64,000 bases of DNA from an uncultured delta proteobacterium (GCA_963827685.1 CAWHBU010000007.1:96001-160000); one strand, 5' to 3'; shown: positions 10,342 to 20,133, numbered from the stretch's first letter. Notes: generated by a model not told the origin, from the sequence alone. Program-made: numbers and translations.

Positions 10342-10375
10342 CCTGCCCGCGCGTAGCCGCTTCGGCGAAGGCAGG
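10342..10375. repeat. Short CCTGCC..GGCAGG palindrome
   Basis: CCTGCCCGCGCGTAGCCGCTTCGGCGAAGGCAGG; same ends as the inserts at 268-320 and 7516-7535. Confidence 0.55.
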
Positions 10376-10567
10376 GCGGAAACCTCTCAGCGCAACCTAT
10401 CCGAGATGGAAGTTCCCGAACGACCCTATTCTTTGGAATGGCGACGATTGTCCATAACATCTTAACGATCCGCTTGATAAAGCTTTAGAAGCATCCCCGC
10501 CGAATCATTGGGGTCAGAGCCTAACCTCTCGCATCCATAAGGGGTTACTTTGGTAGTAATTTTCTCC

Positions 10568-10595
10568 TTGACATTTGAGAAAAATATGGTAAAAA
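10568..10595 (+). promoter_or_regulatory. Sigma-70 promoter of the leader/MBL transcript
   Basis: TTGACA-N16-TAAAAA with TG just upstream of the -10. Confidence 0.55.
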
Positions 10596-10621
10596 GGATA
10601 TATTGTCGAGGGTAAGGACGT

Positions 10622-10681
10622 ATGATGCAGTTCAGGAATTTCTTTTACTTTTATTTTAATAGGGCTCACCCATATCCCTGA
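10622..10681 (+). CDS. Phe/Tyr-rich leader peptide MMQFRNFFYFYFNRAHPYP
   Basis: 19 codons, TAAGGA RBS, six consecutive Phe/Tyr codons. Confidence 0.8.
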   Translation: MMQFRNFFYFYFNRAHPYP

Positions 10682-10786
10682 GCCGAGCTATATAGTAAGG
10701 GATGCCATGGGTGAGCCAGATGTTCCCCATGGCTTTTTTGTTTCTGCATCACGAAGGCCATGGAAACCATATTCCATGGCCTTTTT
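10663..10786 (+). promoter_or_regulatory. Transcription attenuator: antiterminator plus two terminators
   Basis: 10663-10673 pairs with 10707-10717; terminator 1 is 10704-10739 and terminator 2 is 10754-10786, both with T tails. Confidence 0.8.
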
Positions 10787-10851
10787 GATTTCAGCAAAGG
10801 CGATGATTACCAAAAATAAATCAGAATATCGTTAAGGAGGCTAAAGATCAC

Positions 10852-11775
10852 ATGAATGCAAGAAAGCATGAACCGATTAAGATCACTCCACATTTTTTCC
10901 AATTGGGCACGCCTGCCTTCCCCGCCTATTTGTCCATGGGAAAGGAAGGAATGATTATCGAAGGGGGAACAGGCCCCACGTTCACGATCATGATCGATCA
11001 GATCGAATCATTGGCGATCGATCCAAAGACGATAAAGTATATTGTTTTGACCCATACCCATCCGGATCACATTGGGGCGGTACCGCATTTTCAGCGCGAT
11101 TGGCCTCATATAAAACTCTTGGCAAGCCCCATCGGCGCTAAAATACTTGGCAAGACAGAGCTGTTCAAAGAATTCCAGCTGGTTGATCTTGGCATTGCCC
11201 AGTTGATGAAGGCAAAATCTGAGATCGATACATTGCCAGAGCCCGTTGAAGACTATGCCTTTAGTGTTGATTCTGTCGTCAAGGAAGGGGACAGGATTGA
11301 TTTGGGCGCGGGCATCGCATGGAGGGTTTATGAAACACCCGGCCATTCACCCTGTCATATTGCTTTGTTTGAGGAAAAGGAGGGCACTCTGGCGCTCGGT
11401 GATACCTCAGGATTCTATGTCCCTGGAAAGGATGTATTTTGGCCCAATTATTTTGAATCGCTTGAGAAATACTGCAATACGATCCGGAAGCTGGCTGCGC
11501 TTCCGGCCAAACGAGCTGTCCTTAGTCACAATGCGGTGATTGAAGGAGATGTCCGGCAGCATTTGGAAAAGGCCATGAAGGCAACGGAGAAGTATCATCA
11601 GGAGCTTATGGAAAGATTGGCGAACGGAGAACTCTCTGAAGAGATCGCCATGGATAAGGCTCGGTTCGTCGACAGCCTGACCGATATTCAGCCTTTTAAG
11701 GTCATCTATGATCTCTGTAAGGTGCTCATCAAGAATTCTCTGCAAAATGGAAAAGATGATCATTTTGTTTTTTAG
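10852..11775 (+). CDS. MBL-fold metallo-hydrolase
   Basis: THTHPDH, TPGHS, GD and SH motifs; AAGGAGG RBS. Confidence 0.85.
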   Translation: MNARKHEPIKITPHFFQLGTPAFPAYLSMGKEGMIIEGGTGPTFTIMIDQIESLAIDPKTIKYIVLTHTHPDHIGAVPHFQRDWPHIKLLASPIGAKILGKTELFKEFQLVDLGIAQLMKAKSEIDTLPEPVEDYAFSVDSVVKEGDRIDLGAGIAWRVYETPGHSPCHIALFEEKEGTLALGDTSGFYVPGKDVFWPNYFESLEKYCNTIRKLAALPAKRAVLSHNAVIEGDVRQHLEKAMKATEKYHQELMERLANGELSEEIAMDKARFVDSLTDIQPFKVIYDLCKVLIKNSLQNGKDDHFVF

Positions 11776-11828
11776 AAAGGACCTAGCCGCCGTTGGGGTC
11801 CTTGACATGTACGCACTGCTTCACTTAT

Positions 11829-12698
11829 TTAAGAGATGAATTCCAGGTAGTACTTTGCTGTCTCACCAGGTCTTTCAATCATCGGTAAGTGGCCGCAGTC
11901 CTTCATCACAATGACCTTTGAATTTTCGATCCCCTTCTGGAGGACCGGCGCACCTGACGCAGGGAATACACGGTCGGTATCGCCCCAGAGAATAAGAGTC
12001 TTCGCCCGAATCTCCCCTATTGTCGTTTCCAATTGGTTGCCGGGGTTCGCTTCAATAAATACCTTCTTGTTGAAGTCCTTGCTCCGGACTGCCACTTCGG
12101 CTAAATAGGATTTCACCGGGCCGGGGATAAACGGAGGCTTGACAAATAGGAAATCCAACAGCTTGTCATAGTCTGAGACAGATTCGACAATGAGAGGATT
12201 GTTCCCTTTTGCGAGCTCCAGGGAGATCTGGCTTGGTTCGCGGTCGATCACGCCGCCCGGATCCAATAGCCCGAGGCTCAGAATTTCATCTGGATACGTC
12301 GCCGCATAGACGCCGGCGATCAATCCCCCCATGGAATTTCCCGCTATATGAAATTTCTTCAGACCTATCTTCTCCGCGTACTGATGAAGTCTCTTTACCT
12401 GCACGGCAATATCGTACCGATCGCTCCAGATTTTCGAGCTTTCACCGAATCCCGGCAGATCGGGCGCAATCACATGATACTTTTTCGTGAGATATTTGGA
12501 AAATCGTGTCCAGTTGTCTTTATCCCCTCCGAACCCATGGAGCAGCAGAACCGTTTCACCTTTCCCGCCTTCGACATAGACGATTTTATAATGATCGACT
12601 TGAATGGATTTTTCGCTAAGGCCCGCCGAGCCCCTTTCGACACGTCTGGCAAGCACAAACAGGAAAGAGGAAATAATTTTTTTTATTCCAATATTCAT
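11829..12698 (-). CDS. Alpha/beta hydrolase (lipase/esterase)
   Basis: HGFGG, GNSMGG and GH motifs. Confidence 0.85.
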   Translation of the reverse strand: MNIGIKKIISSFLFVLARRVERGSAGLSEKSIQVDHYKIVYVEGGKGETVLLLHGFGGDKDNWTRFSKYLTKKYHVIAPDLPGFGESSKIWSDRYDIAVQVKRLHQYAEKIGLKKFHIAGNSMGGLIAGVYAATYPDEILSLGLLDPGGVIDREPSQISLELAKGNNPLIVESVSDYDKLLDFLFVKPPFIPGPVKSYLAEVAVRSKDFNKKVFIEANPGNQLETTIGEIRAKTLILWGDTDRVFPASGAPVLQKGIENSKVIVMKDCGHLPMIERPGETAKYYLEFIS

Positions 12699-12805
12699 TT
12701 CAAAGCCCCCTTTAATATTTTACTTTTCAGTAAGGGCAATCAGGGCAACATCTTAAGATGTAGGGAGTTATCCCTAATTTCCCCTTAACTACATCCACTC
12801 TTGCG

Positions 12806-13057
12806 TGGTTTGTATTTTATATCATGCTTAAAAATTTTGGAAGTGAGAATTTCAAGGGAATCTTTCATGACGGGTTCGTCACCCTCGAACGATGAAAATC
12901 GCTAATCACCCCTCGCCCCCCTTTAGAAAAGGGGGGTTGGGGGATTTGAAAGCTATTTTCTAAGAAATCGCATTCTCATCTCAAGATTGAATAGGGGGGA
13001 GAAAGATTCTCGTGCGGGAGAGACTCTGCAAGCTCTTATGGAAGATTGATGATTCGG
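12806..13057 (-). repeat. Direct repeat copy 1 (gene-3'-end relic plus promoter) containing a ~100-bp hairpin insertion (~12860-12965)
   Basis: Aligns with 15458-15574 and 17432-17576. Confidence 0.75.
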
Positions 13058-13104
13058 GGGTCACGACTCCCGTAGTCAATCGATTTGCTGCTTCCGGTAA
13101 TCTT

Positions 13105-14319
13105 CTAATCGACTCTAATGACGACAGCATCTCCCTGCGCCAGACCTCCACAAATAGCGCAGACACCAAAGCCGCCACCTCTTCTCCTTAATTCGTACAT
13201 CATTGTCATCAATATGCGCGCCCCGCTGGCTCCTACGGGATGGCCGATAGCGATAGCCCCTCCGTTGGGGTTGGTCTTGTCCAGAAGCTCACGCCACTTT
13301 GTTTCATCTCGGCCAGCTAATATTTTTGTTGATACCAGAGTCACCGCAGCGAATGCTTCATTAATCTCGATTACCTTCATATCGTCTATGCTCAGACCGG
13401 CTCTCTCCAGCGCCTTCTTTACTACAAACCCGGGAAGTTCGGCCATTCTCCTGGGTTCACTGGCGCTACTCGCCACGGAAACAATCGTTGCGAGTGGAGT
13501 GATCCCCATTTCTTCTGCCTTCGATCTTCTCATAATAATCACGGCCGCTGCCCCCGCATCCAAACCCGGCGCGTTGCCTGCGGTAACCGTAGGGCTTCCG
13601 TAGATGGTCTTCAATTTCACCAGACCCTCCAATGTTGTGTCGGGCTTAGGGAATTCATCTTTGCTAAAAACGAACGGCGCCCCTTTCTTCTGTGGCACTT
13701 CAACGGGCACTAACTCATCATTGAATTTTCCTGCTTTATCAGCCGATGCCCATTTCTTTTGCGACCCCAGTGCCCATTTATCCTGCTCTTCTCGCGATAT
13801 GCCGTACTCCATGGCAATCTCTCCGGCGTCTCGTCCCAGAGGAGTATACTCCCGATAGGTAATAGGATTAAGGTAATCTTGAATCAAAAGCGGCTTCATC
13901 CCCGACCCCCAGCGATGTCCATTCGTCAGCAATGGGGTATTGCTCATATTCTCAGCTCCCACGGCCATACAGGTATCGGCTTCGCGCAGTAGTATTGCCC
14001 TGCGTCCAAGGTGAACGGCACATAGCGATGAGCAGCATGCCCTGTCTATCGTTAAAGAAACCAGCGTGCTGGGTAATCCTGCACGCAACAGGGCCTGTCT
14101 CCCATTCACATTATCGTAGAGAGCGGCCTCCGCCTGATCGCACATTCCATAGTACAATTCGTCCAGGTCTTCACCTTTCAGGCCGGCGCGTTTCAAGCTC
14201 TCCTTGATCACGACAACTCCGAGATCCGTACTATGCATCTCTCGCAACACCCCGCCAAATTTGCTGAAAGGTGTCCTTGCTCCACTTACAATAACAATAT
14301 CGTCTTTTTTATTGCTCAT
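13105..14319 (-). CDS. Thiolase (acetyl-CoA acyltransferase)
   Basis: RACCSS, NEAF, GHPVGASG and ICGG motifs. Confidence 0.9.
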   Translation of the reverse strand: MSNKKDDIVIVSGARTPFSKFGGVLREMHSTDLGVVVIKESLKRAGLKGEDLDELYYGMCDQAEAALYDNVNGRQALLRAGLPSTLVSLTIDRACCSSLCAVHLGRRAILLREADTCMAVGAENMSNTPLLTNGHRWGSGMKPLLIQDYLNPITYREYTPLGRDAGEIAMEYGISREEQDKWALGSQKKWASADKAGKFNDELVPVEVPQKKGAPFVFSKDEFPKPDTTLEGLVKLKTIYGSPTVTAGNAPGLDAGAAAVIIMRRSKAEEMGITPLATIVSVASSASEPRRMAELPGFVVKKALERAGLSIDDMKVIEINEAFAAVTLVSTKILAGRDETKWRELLDKTNPNGGAIAIGHPVGASGARILMTMMYELRRRGGGFGVCAICGGLAQGDAVVIRVD

Positions 14320-14563
14320 GTTCTTTTCCTTTCCAGAGCCGGTATCAGTAAGGTTAATAGTTTGAGCGATTCATTGCACAGATAGATCGATTTGTCAAGT
14401 AATGTAGGGATCAAAGGCCATGAAGGCGACGGTCATGAAGGGGATGTTAAATCTGAAACATTTAAAGGAATTTCTGCAAATCCGCTTTCCATCAGAAACC
14501 GCTAATCGATCGAAAAAATAATAGGGAGTTGTCTTTAATTTCACTACAAAGCCTCCCACCTGC

Positions 14564-15367
14564 TCATTGCTTAACCCCCTCTCTAAGCTCTCCCAGCACT
14601 TTTTCATATTCCTTTTTTACAAATTCTCCTCCGTACTTTCTCTCCAAGCGTCGAACAATGAAATGCCCCCGGGCTGCAGCCTGAAAGTGACTGATAAAAA
14701 GGTAGTTGATTGATGCGCCTCCTAATGCTCCAAGGACTGGCACCATTTCGGCGGCCATCTTGTCCGTGACGATAACGCCAAAGCGGGAAGCTAAATTGGC
14801 CATCACTCGGATCACGATCGGCGTGCCTTCCTCCGCAATCCCCCGTTGCGCTATAAATTCAGCAGCCTCCGACAGGGTCCGGGTCAGTGCTGCTCGAACG
14901 GCATAGTAGGCTGTCTCAGCGGCATTGTCACCCCTTGACCTTCCACCTAAAGCAAAAACTGTGATGCATGCCAGATGAGTGTCCATGGAGGAGAGGTCTT
15001 CGCCCTGACTTCGAGCAATGTCAGCAATGGAACGAAGCATCAGGGTTGTCGAGATCGGGAGTTCAACGATTAGGCCAGGAAGTCCGAAGAATCCTCCAAC
15101 AGCGCCGCTGACAAGGACCATCGCCCGATGGATCAACCGAAAGGGCCTGCCGCGGCTCCTCTTATCCATCGTAGACAGCGCGACATAGAAAGTTGTCCCG
15201 ACGGCCTTGGTTGCCGTCTTTCCAATCGCTTGCCCAATCCATCTCGGTAGAGCCTTTATGATTCCTTCAATGGGATACCCAAGCAGGTTGATCAACCGAA
15301 TACTCAGGCCGGGTCTCTCCAAAAGATTGACGGCTGTCCTGAGATCGTTGAGGTCTCTCTCTTCCAT
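14564..15367 (-). CDS. EcsC family protein
   Basis: ELPIST..LRSIA and RRLERKYG motifs. Confidence 0.8.
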   Translation of the reverse strand: MEERDLNDLRTAVNLLERPGLSIRLINLLGYPIEGIIKALPRWIGQAIGKTATKAVGTTFYVALSTMDKRSRGRPFRLIHRAMVLVSGAVGGFFGLPGLIVELPISTTLMLRSIADIARSQGEDLSSMDTHLACITVFALGGRSRGDNAAETAYYAVRAALTRTLSEAAEFIAQRGIAEEGTPIVIRVMANLASRFGVIVTDKMAAEMVPVLGALGGASINYLFISHFQAAARGHFIVRRLERKYGGEFVKKEYEKVLGELREGVKQ

Positions 15368-15457
15368 TCTATTTGTGTAATGGCCTGGGGCCGGGCTTGA
15401 AATGTTGCAGAGGATAGAAGGGAACGGAGTTAAACAACTTCGTCCCCTCTCCCGCGA

Positions 15458-15574
15458 TTCGTATTCTATACCACACTGAAAATTATTGGAAGTGAGAATT
15501 TCAAGGAAATCGCATGCTCACCTAAAGATTGAATCGGGGGGAGAAAGATTCTTGTGCGGGATTGAATCCGCATG
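15458..15574 (-). repeat. Direct repeat copy 2
   Basis: TTGGAAGTGAGAATTTCAAG..AAGATTGAATCGGGGG..AAAGATTCTTGTGCGGG shared with copies 1 and 3. Confidence 0.75.
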
Positions 15575-15634
15575 TTTAGGTTGCAGTTTAACCAATTTGT
15601 CCTATATCATAAGGGGGTAAGAGAGGGGTAAGAT

Positions 15635-15940
15635 ATGGCCACTAAGAAACTTCATCCGGTTCATCCCGGAGAGATCCTCCAAAAAGAGTTTTTAGAGCCG
15701 ATGGGGCCTAGCCAGAACAGGCTCGCACTGGCATTAGGTGTGCCTGCAAGACGGGTCAATGAGATCGTTTTGAGGAAGCGGGGCATTACTGCTGACACTG
15801 CATTGAGACTTGCCCGATATTTTAAAATGTCCCCACAATTCTGGCTTGGTCTGCAAATGGACTACGAATTGGATATGGCAGAGGATACCCTTGAAGGCAG
15901 GCTTGAGAAAGAAGTTACTTCGAGGTCCGCTGCAGGATAA
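15635..15940 (+). CDS. higA: HigA family antitoxin (HTH), no adjacent toxin
   Basis: PVHPGEIL..ITADTALRLARYF..FWLGLQ. Confidence 0.9.
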   Translation: MATKKLHPVHPGEILQKEFLEPMGPSQNRLALALGVPARRVNEIVLRKRGITADTALRLARYFKMSPQFWLGLQMDYELDMAEDTLEGRLEKEVTSRSAAG

Positions 15941-16007
15941 GCAAGAGAATCGTTCTTCTTTTTTCTACATCTACCTTATTTCTTCAGACGGGGGAGGGAA
16001 TTTGAAT

Positions 16008-16325
16008 ATGGCCTGGCTGTTTTTAATCATTGCGGGAATCATTGAGATCGGATGGGCAATCAGTTTGAAATATACGGAAGGGTTCACCCGGTTCTGGCCG
16101 AGCGTGGGGATGTTGGCAGCGGCAATAGCCAGTTTCTTCTTTCTATCCACTGCCATTAAATCCATTCCGGTGGGGACCGCCTATGTCGTTTTCACAGGAA
16201 TCGGAGCCGCCGGCACCGTTCTCTTCGGGATATTCTTCCTGGGGGAATCAAAAGATATGTTAAGGCTTGGGTTTATCACGCTGATTATCATCGGAACCAT
16301 CGGACTGAAGTTTGCAGAGAAGTGA
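16008..16325 (+). CDS. SMR family transporter (Gdx/SugE-like)
   Basis: MAWLFL..EIGWA..K.TEGF; 105 aa with four TM segments. Confidence 0.85.
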   Translation: MAWLFLIIAGIIEIGWAISLKYTEGFTRFWPSVGMLAAAIASFFFLSTAIKSIPVGTAYVVFTGIGAAGTVLFGIFFLGESKDMLRLGFITLIIIGTIGLKFAEK

Positions 16326-16406
16326 AGCAAGACCACTCTGTTCTCTCTCCCTCAATTGTGAAGTTAACTTAGAACCTACCTCTTCTCCTTCTGCATGTAT
16401 TTAATA

Positions 16407-17417
16407 CTAATCAAGCAACCATTTGCCGTTTTCAATTATCCTTGTCCCATCAATTTCGAGCGTCATCCCGCCGCTCACGGCATCATGATGGATATTGCTG
16501 TAGACATGTCCCCCGACAAATGTCGTATTCTTGCCGCAGGCGATGTGAAGCGTGCCTAAAATCATTTTGTCCGTAATGGTCCCAGAGAAACCCCTATACG
16601 TCAGTACGTGGTTGGTGGCAACGCCAAGCTCAGCGATGTTGGTTCCATTTTCATCCGCAGCGGCGAGGATTTTCCGGCACTTCTCTGCCTCCGGCCCGTC
16701 ACCCACAACTTCCACAATCCTACCGTTCTTTATAATCCAGGCAAAAGGTTTCGCGACCCTTCCCACATGCTCGAAAAATCCATTTACCACATATTTGCCG
16801 TTCGCTGTGCCTTCAACGGGGGCCAGTGCCGCTTCGGCATAAAGAGGTACAGCACCCCATTCGCCGGGCTCCCACATCGACGCTCTCAACCGCTCGCATT
16901 TTCTCCCTTCCACGCTAAAGGTGAGGTCCGTCCCATCGGGCCCGGTAATACGCGCGATCTTACCGGTTTCCATGATCCCTGCCGCTTTTTCCGTACGCTC
17001 TCGAATTTTCATGATATCATCGTGTGCGATATTGGGCGAGAGAATTGGCGCCATGCCGAAACGCGCCTTTTTTTCATTAGTGGCTACATTTCTTGCTTTC
17101 GTGTGAGCGATGATTTGGGTGTTGTCGAGATTCAGCGTGGCCAGTATAACATCACTCGTCATCATTGCATCAACCACTCTCTCCGGGGGCTCCGCTTTCA
17201 TCTCACTATCCTCTACAAAAATGACCGTGGGAATGGCCTGCAGATGCCGAACTTCGGCCTCAAGATATTTACCTACCAGTTTGCGCTTTTCATCATTCTG
17301 AACGATGAGAAGGACTTTTTCGCCGCTTTTAACATTCATGCAGCTTTTGACGATTACTTTCGCCGCATTAACCCTCTGCTCCTCACTTAGATCTTTGACA
17401 CCCAACCGATTCATCAA
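16407..17417 (-). CDS. M29/thermophilic-metalloprotease-like aminopeptidase
   Basis: GTDL, AELG, LHIA.G and IHHD motifs. Confidence 0.7.
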   Translation of the reverse strand: MMNRLGVKDLSEEQRVNAAKVIVKSCMNVKSGEKVLLIVQNDEKRKLVGKYLEAEVRHLQAIPTVIFVEDSEMKAEPPERVVDAMMTSDVILATLNLDNTQIIAHTKARNVATNEKKARFGMAPILSPNIAHDDIMKIRERTEKAAGIMETGKIARITGPDGTDLTFSVEGRKCERLRASMWEPGEWGAVPLYAEAALAPVEGTANGKYVVNGFFEHVGRVAKPFAWIIKNGRIVEVVGDGPEAEKCRKILAAADENGTNIAELGVATNHVLTYRGFSGTITDKMILGTLHIACGKNTTFVGGHVYSNIHHDAVSGGMTLEIDGTRIIENGKWLLD

Positions 17418-17431
17418 GTCTCCCTCCCCCT

Positions 17432-17576
17432 TGGTTTGTATTTTATACCACGCTTAATAATTTTGGAAGTAAGAATTTCAAGAAAATCGCATTCTCATCT
17501 CAAGATTGAATCGGGGGCAGAAAGATTCTTGTGCGGGAAAGACTCTGCATGCTCTTATGGAGGATTGATGATTCGG
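17432..17576 (-). repeat. Direct repeat copy 3
   Basis: Aligns with copies 1 and 2; ends at the RBS of the peptidase gene. Confidence 0.75.
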
Positions 17577-17689
17577 AGATTAATCAAACACGTTCTGCAC
17601 GAACGTCCCTGTCTTCTGCTGAGGATAAAAAAACCTCAACGGCAGAAAAGTAAAGTGTATAATTTAGCTTTGACCCCAGTTCTTTTGCT

Positions 17690-19468
17690 TCACGCATATA
17701 TTGTCTCGATTTTCCCTTTTAATTGTGCAGATATGATGAATGCATTTGAAGCTACATGTTCAAGAGACAGGTGAGGCTTATTCTTCCTTGAAGGGTCTGT
17801 AACCCCAATTTCTTCTTCAATGTCGTTCTCAAGGATCACCCACCTCCCCAGGCTCGCATCGATTTTCGCCTCTATGCGCGATGAGGCCTTGTCAGCGGAA
17901 ACAATTGCGTCCGGGGATTTACCTGCCTGGTGGTCTAGGTCGTAAACCGCCACGTAGGGAATTCTGAACTTGTTCAGTAGGTGCAAGTAGCTAGGGATCG
18001 AATCCTTCGAGCCACAGTCAATTATGGTGTAGTCATGACGGAATACGCCTATCCTATGAGCAAGAAAAGGAATGACTGTTTTATCCGTGGCACCTTCAGT
18101 AAGAATAACCTTGCGGGCGAAGAAAAGTTCACCGCGATCTGGATTGATCCAGTAAGTCAGGTTGAAAAGGTCTCTCTCGCCGGCAGCCGGGAATAGTTCC
18201 TCTTTGCACTGGAATACAGTTGTTCCTTCTCTCAATGAATTCTTCCGGACGATGCAGATAGAGCGGTAGTATTCTAGACTGATGAACGAGCTTGAGTGCG
18301 TACAAAGAACGACTTGACTCTCACCTTTTGAGAGGGCGACCAAGGAATCGAAAAGTTCGCGCTGGGCCTGTGGGTGTAGGTAGAGTTCCGGTTCTTCGAG
18401 AATGAAGTATGTGGATTTCGACTTCTTGCGAGCCACGACCTCCTCGCCGGCCTCTGGAGTTGATTCGTACTGTTGACGCGTGAGTTGGGCCAGTGACCTC
18501 ACAAGTGCGAAGATTAGTGCCCGCTGAAGACCCTGGCCCTTACGGCTGACATCCGTTCGGATCCCGTCATTAAGCCAAACAGTTGCTCCAACCTTGAATA
18601 TGTCATCGAGATTGGGAGGAATTATCTCCACGTCGATTGTCGTGTTCCAGTTGACAAGCTCCGACTGAAGGGATTTCTCAAAGTCAGTTAACTCACGGGG
18701 GCGAGAGGTATTCTCAGTGCCATCCTCCTTCGTTTTGTTAAGAATACGAATCAGTGAGGAGATTCTATTCTTGGCCTCCCTAAACTCCTCGTTGGACTCC
18801 GACATCTTGTTGATTACCCGAGTATAAAGCTCGCTAAAAACCGAACGGCCCCTCGTGCTGAGATCATCCGCGGCCTTCTTTACGGATGGGACGAAGTAAA
18901 CGTCACCGAAAATCCCCCCGGGCACATTTTTAGCGCCCAGGAATGGCCCTGGTTCAATCTCGTAATTGAACCGTAAAGAATCATGGCGTTCCTGGATGTA
19001 CCGCTCTTGTGCTTCCTTGAAGGCCTCCTTTGTAATGCGACCTGACTTCGGAAGGAGATAAGAAAGTGGCAACGTATCGGCCACCTCACGTTTGGCATAG
19101 TCAGAGATCTTCTCTTCTCTCAGCCAGTCTTCTGTGGGCGACTCGACGTACCCGTGGTAGGAGAACCCGACATCCTTTTTGGCCTGTTTTCGAACACGCA
19201 TAGTGCCAGCCGCGGTAATATACTTCTTGAATGTCCTCTGGTCAGACTCGTCGAGGTCTCCGAAGAGCACTTCAATAAACAGTTCGTCACTGCCATCGTT
19301 GAAATCCAGAGGATCTATCCCTATCTCATTGAAGAAGAAAAGAAGTGCGAAGATCACATTCGACTTCCCATGATTATTCTGACCAATGAGGATGATCAGA
19401 TCCTGGAAGGAGATCGTTTCTTTCTTTATGGAACGCCAATTCTCGATTTCGATTTCACGAATTTTCAT
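17690..19468 (-). CDS. OLD-family ATP-dependent nuclease (ABC ATPase + TOPRIM)
   Basis: GQNNHGKS, EEPELYLHP, EGATD and DLD motifs. Confidence 0.85.
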   Translation of the reverse strand: MKIREIEIENWRSIKKETISFQDLIILIGQNNHGKSNVIFALLFFFNEIGIDPLDFNDGSDELFIEVLFGDLDESDQRTFKKYITAAGTMRVRKQAKKDVGFSYHGYVESPTEDWLREEKISDYAKREVADTLPLSYLLPKSGRITKEAFKEAQERYIQERHDSLRFNYEIEPGPFLGAKNVPGGIFGDVYFVPSVKKAADDLSTRGRSVFSELYTRVINKMSESNEEFREAKNRISSLIRILNKTKEDGTENTSRPRELTDFEKSLQSELVNWNTTIDVEIIPPNLDDIFKVGATVWLNDGIRTDVSRKGQGLQRALIFALVRSLAQLTRQQYESTPEAGEEVVARKKSKSTYFILEEPELYLHPQAQRELFDSLVALSKGESQVVLCTHSSSFISLEYYRSICIVRKNSLREGTTVFQCKEELFPAAGERDLFNLTYWINPDRGELFFARKVILTEGATDKTVIPFLAHRIGVFRHDYTIIDCGSKDSIPSYLHLLNKFRIPYVAVYDLDHQAGKSPDAIVSADKASSRIEAKIDASLGRWVILENDIEEEIGVTDPSRKNKPHLSLEHVASNAFIISAQLKGKIETIYA

Positions 19469-19647
19469 TGCTTCCGTCTGTGCTCATCTCATGTTGACGT
19501 ACACCATGTAATGGACCTCTAGGGCCTGGTCTCAACTTTTGACAACAAAGTCTTGGTGATTGTTGAGACCTGGATGTCTCTGATTGTTTTCATCCCCTTT
19601 AGAGATTTGGGGCAGCCCAACGATGGACTCGGCGAAAGACTCACAGC

Positions 19648-20133
19648 CTAAGATTTAGGAAGTCTGTCTTTTGCCCAATTTTCAAACCCGATATACAATT
19701 CTTCTTCATCTGCGCCTCTGCGTAATCCGCTGATATAATCTCTAATCTCATCATTTTTGTAGGCTTCTATTACGTAACTGCCGAAATTGTCGTCTGTCAT
19801 TTTAACATCGAGAATTTTTGATTCCATGAAGCCATATAATGTATCAAAATACCCAATATAATCTTCAACGTCCTGATCTGAGCACTGGCCACCCTTAGAT
19901 TCAAAGATTGGATTTTTTGATTCAATTGCCTTCCGTACTTTATACATCCTTTCATTGAAAAAGAAATCTTTATTCGCTTGGAGTATGATCGCTCCCTGTG
20001 ATGCCCTTGCGGACTGGAACCATAATTTTCTCGTAGCAAGCCAGAGTAAAATAGTAGCCCCTGCTAACACGGCTGTGAAAATGATAACGAATAAGGCTTC
20101 GTGTTCTTCAATTGTACTAATTATATCAGCCAT
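19648..20133 (-). CDS. Hypothetical single-TM protein, AT-rich
   Basis: 161-aa ORF with an N-terminal hydrophobic helix. Confidence 0.65.
   Translation of the reverse strand: MADIISTIEEHEALFVIIFTAVLAGATILLWLATRKLWFQSARASQGAIILQANKDFFFNERMYKVRKAIESKNPIFESKGGQCSDQDVEDYIGYFDTLYGFMESKILDVKMTDDNFGSYVIEAYKNDEIRDYISGLRRGADEEELYIGFENWAKDRLPKS

Noticed and set aside
10200-10530. Small ORFs between exeA and the attenuator
   Set aside because: Interrupted by a palindromic repeat, no RBS or motif; probably degraded sequence
12806-17576. CRISPR array
   Set aside because: Repeats are over 100 bp, diverged and kilobases apart; no cas genes
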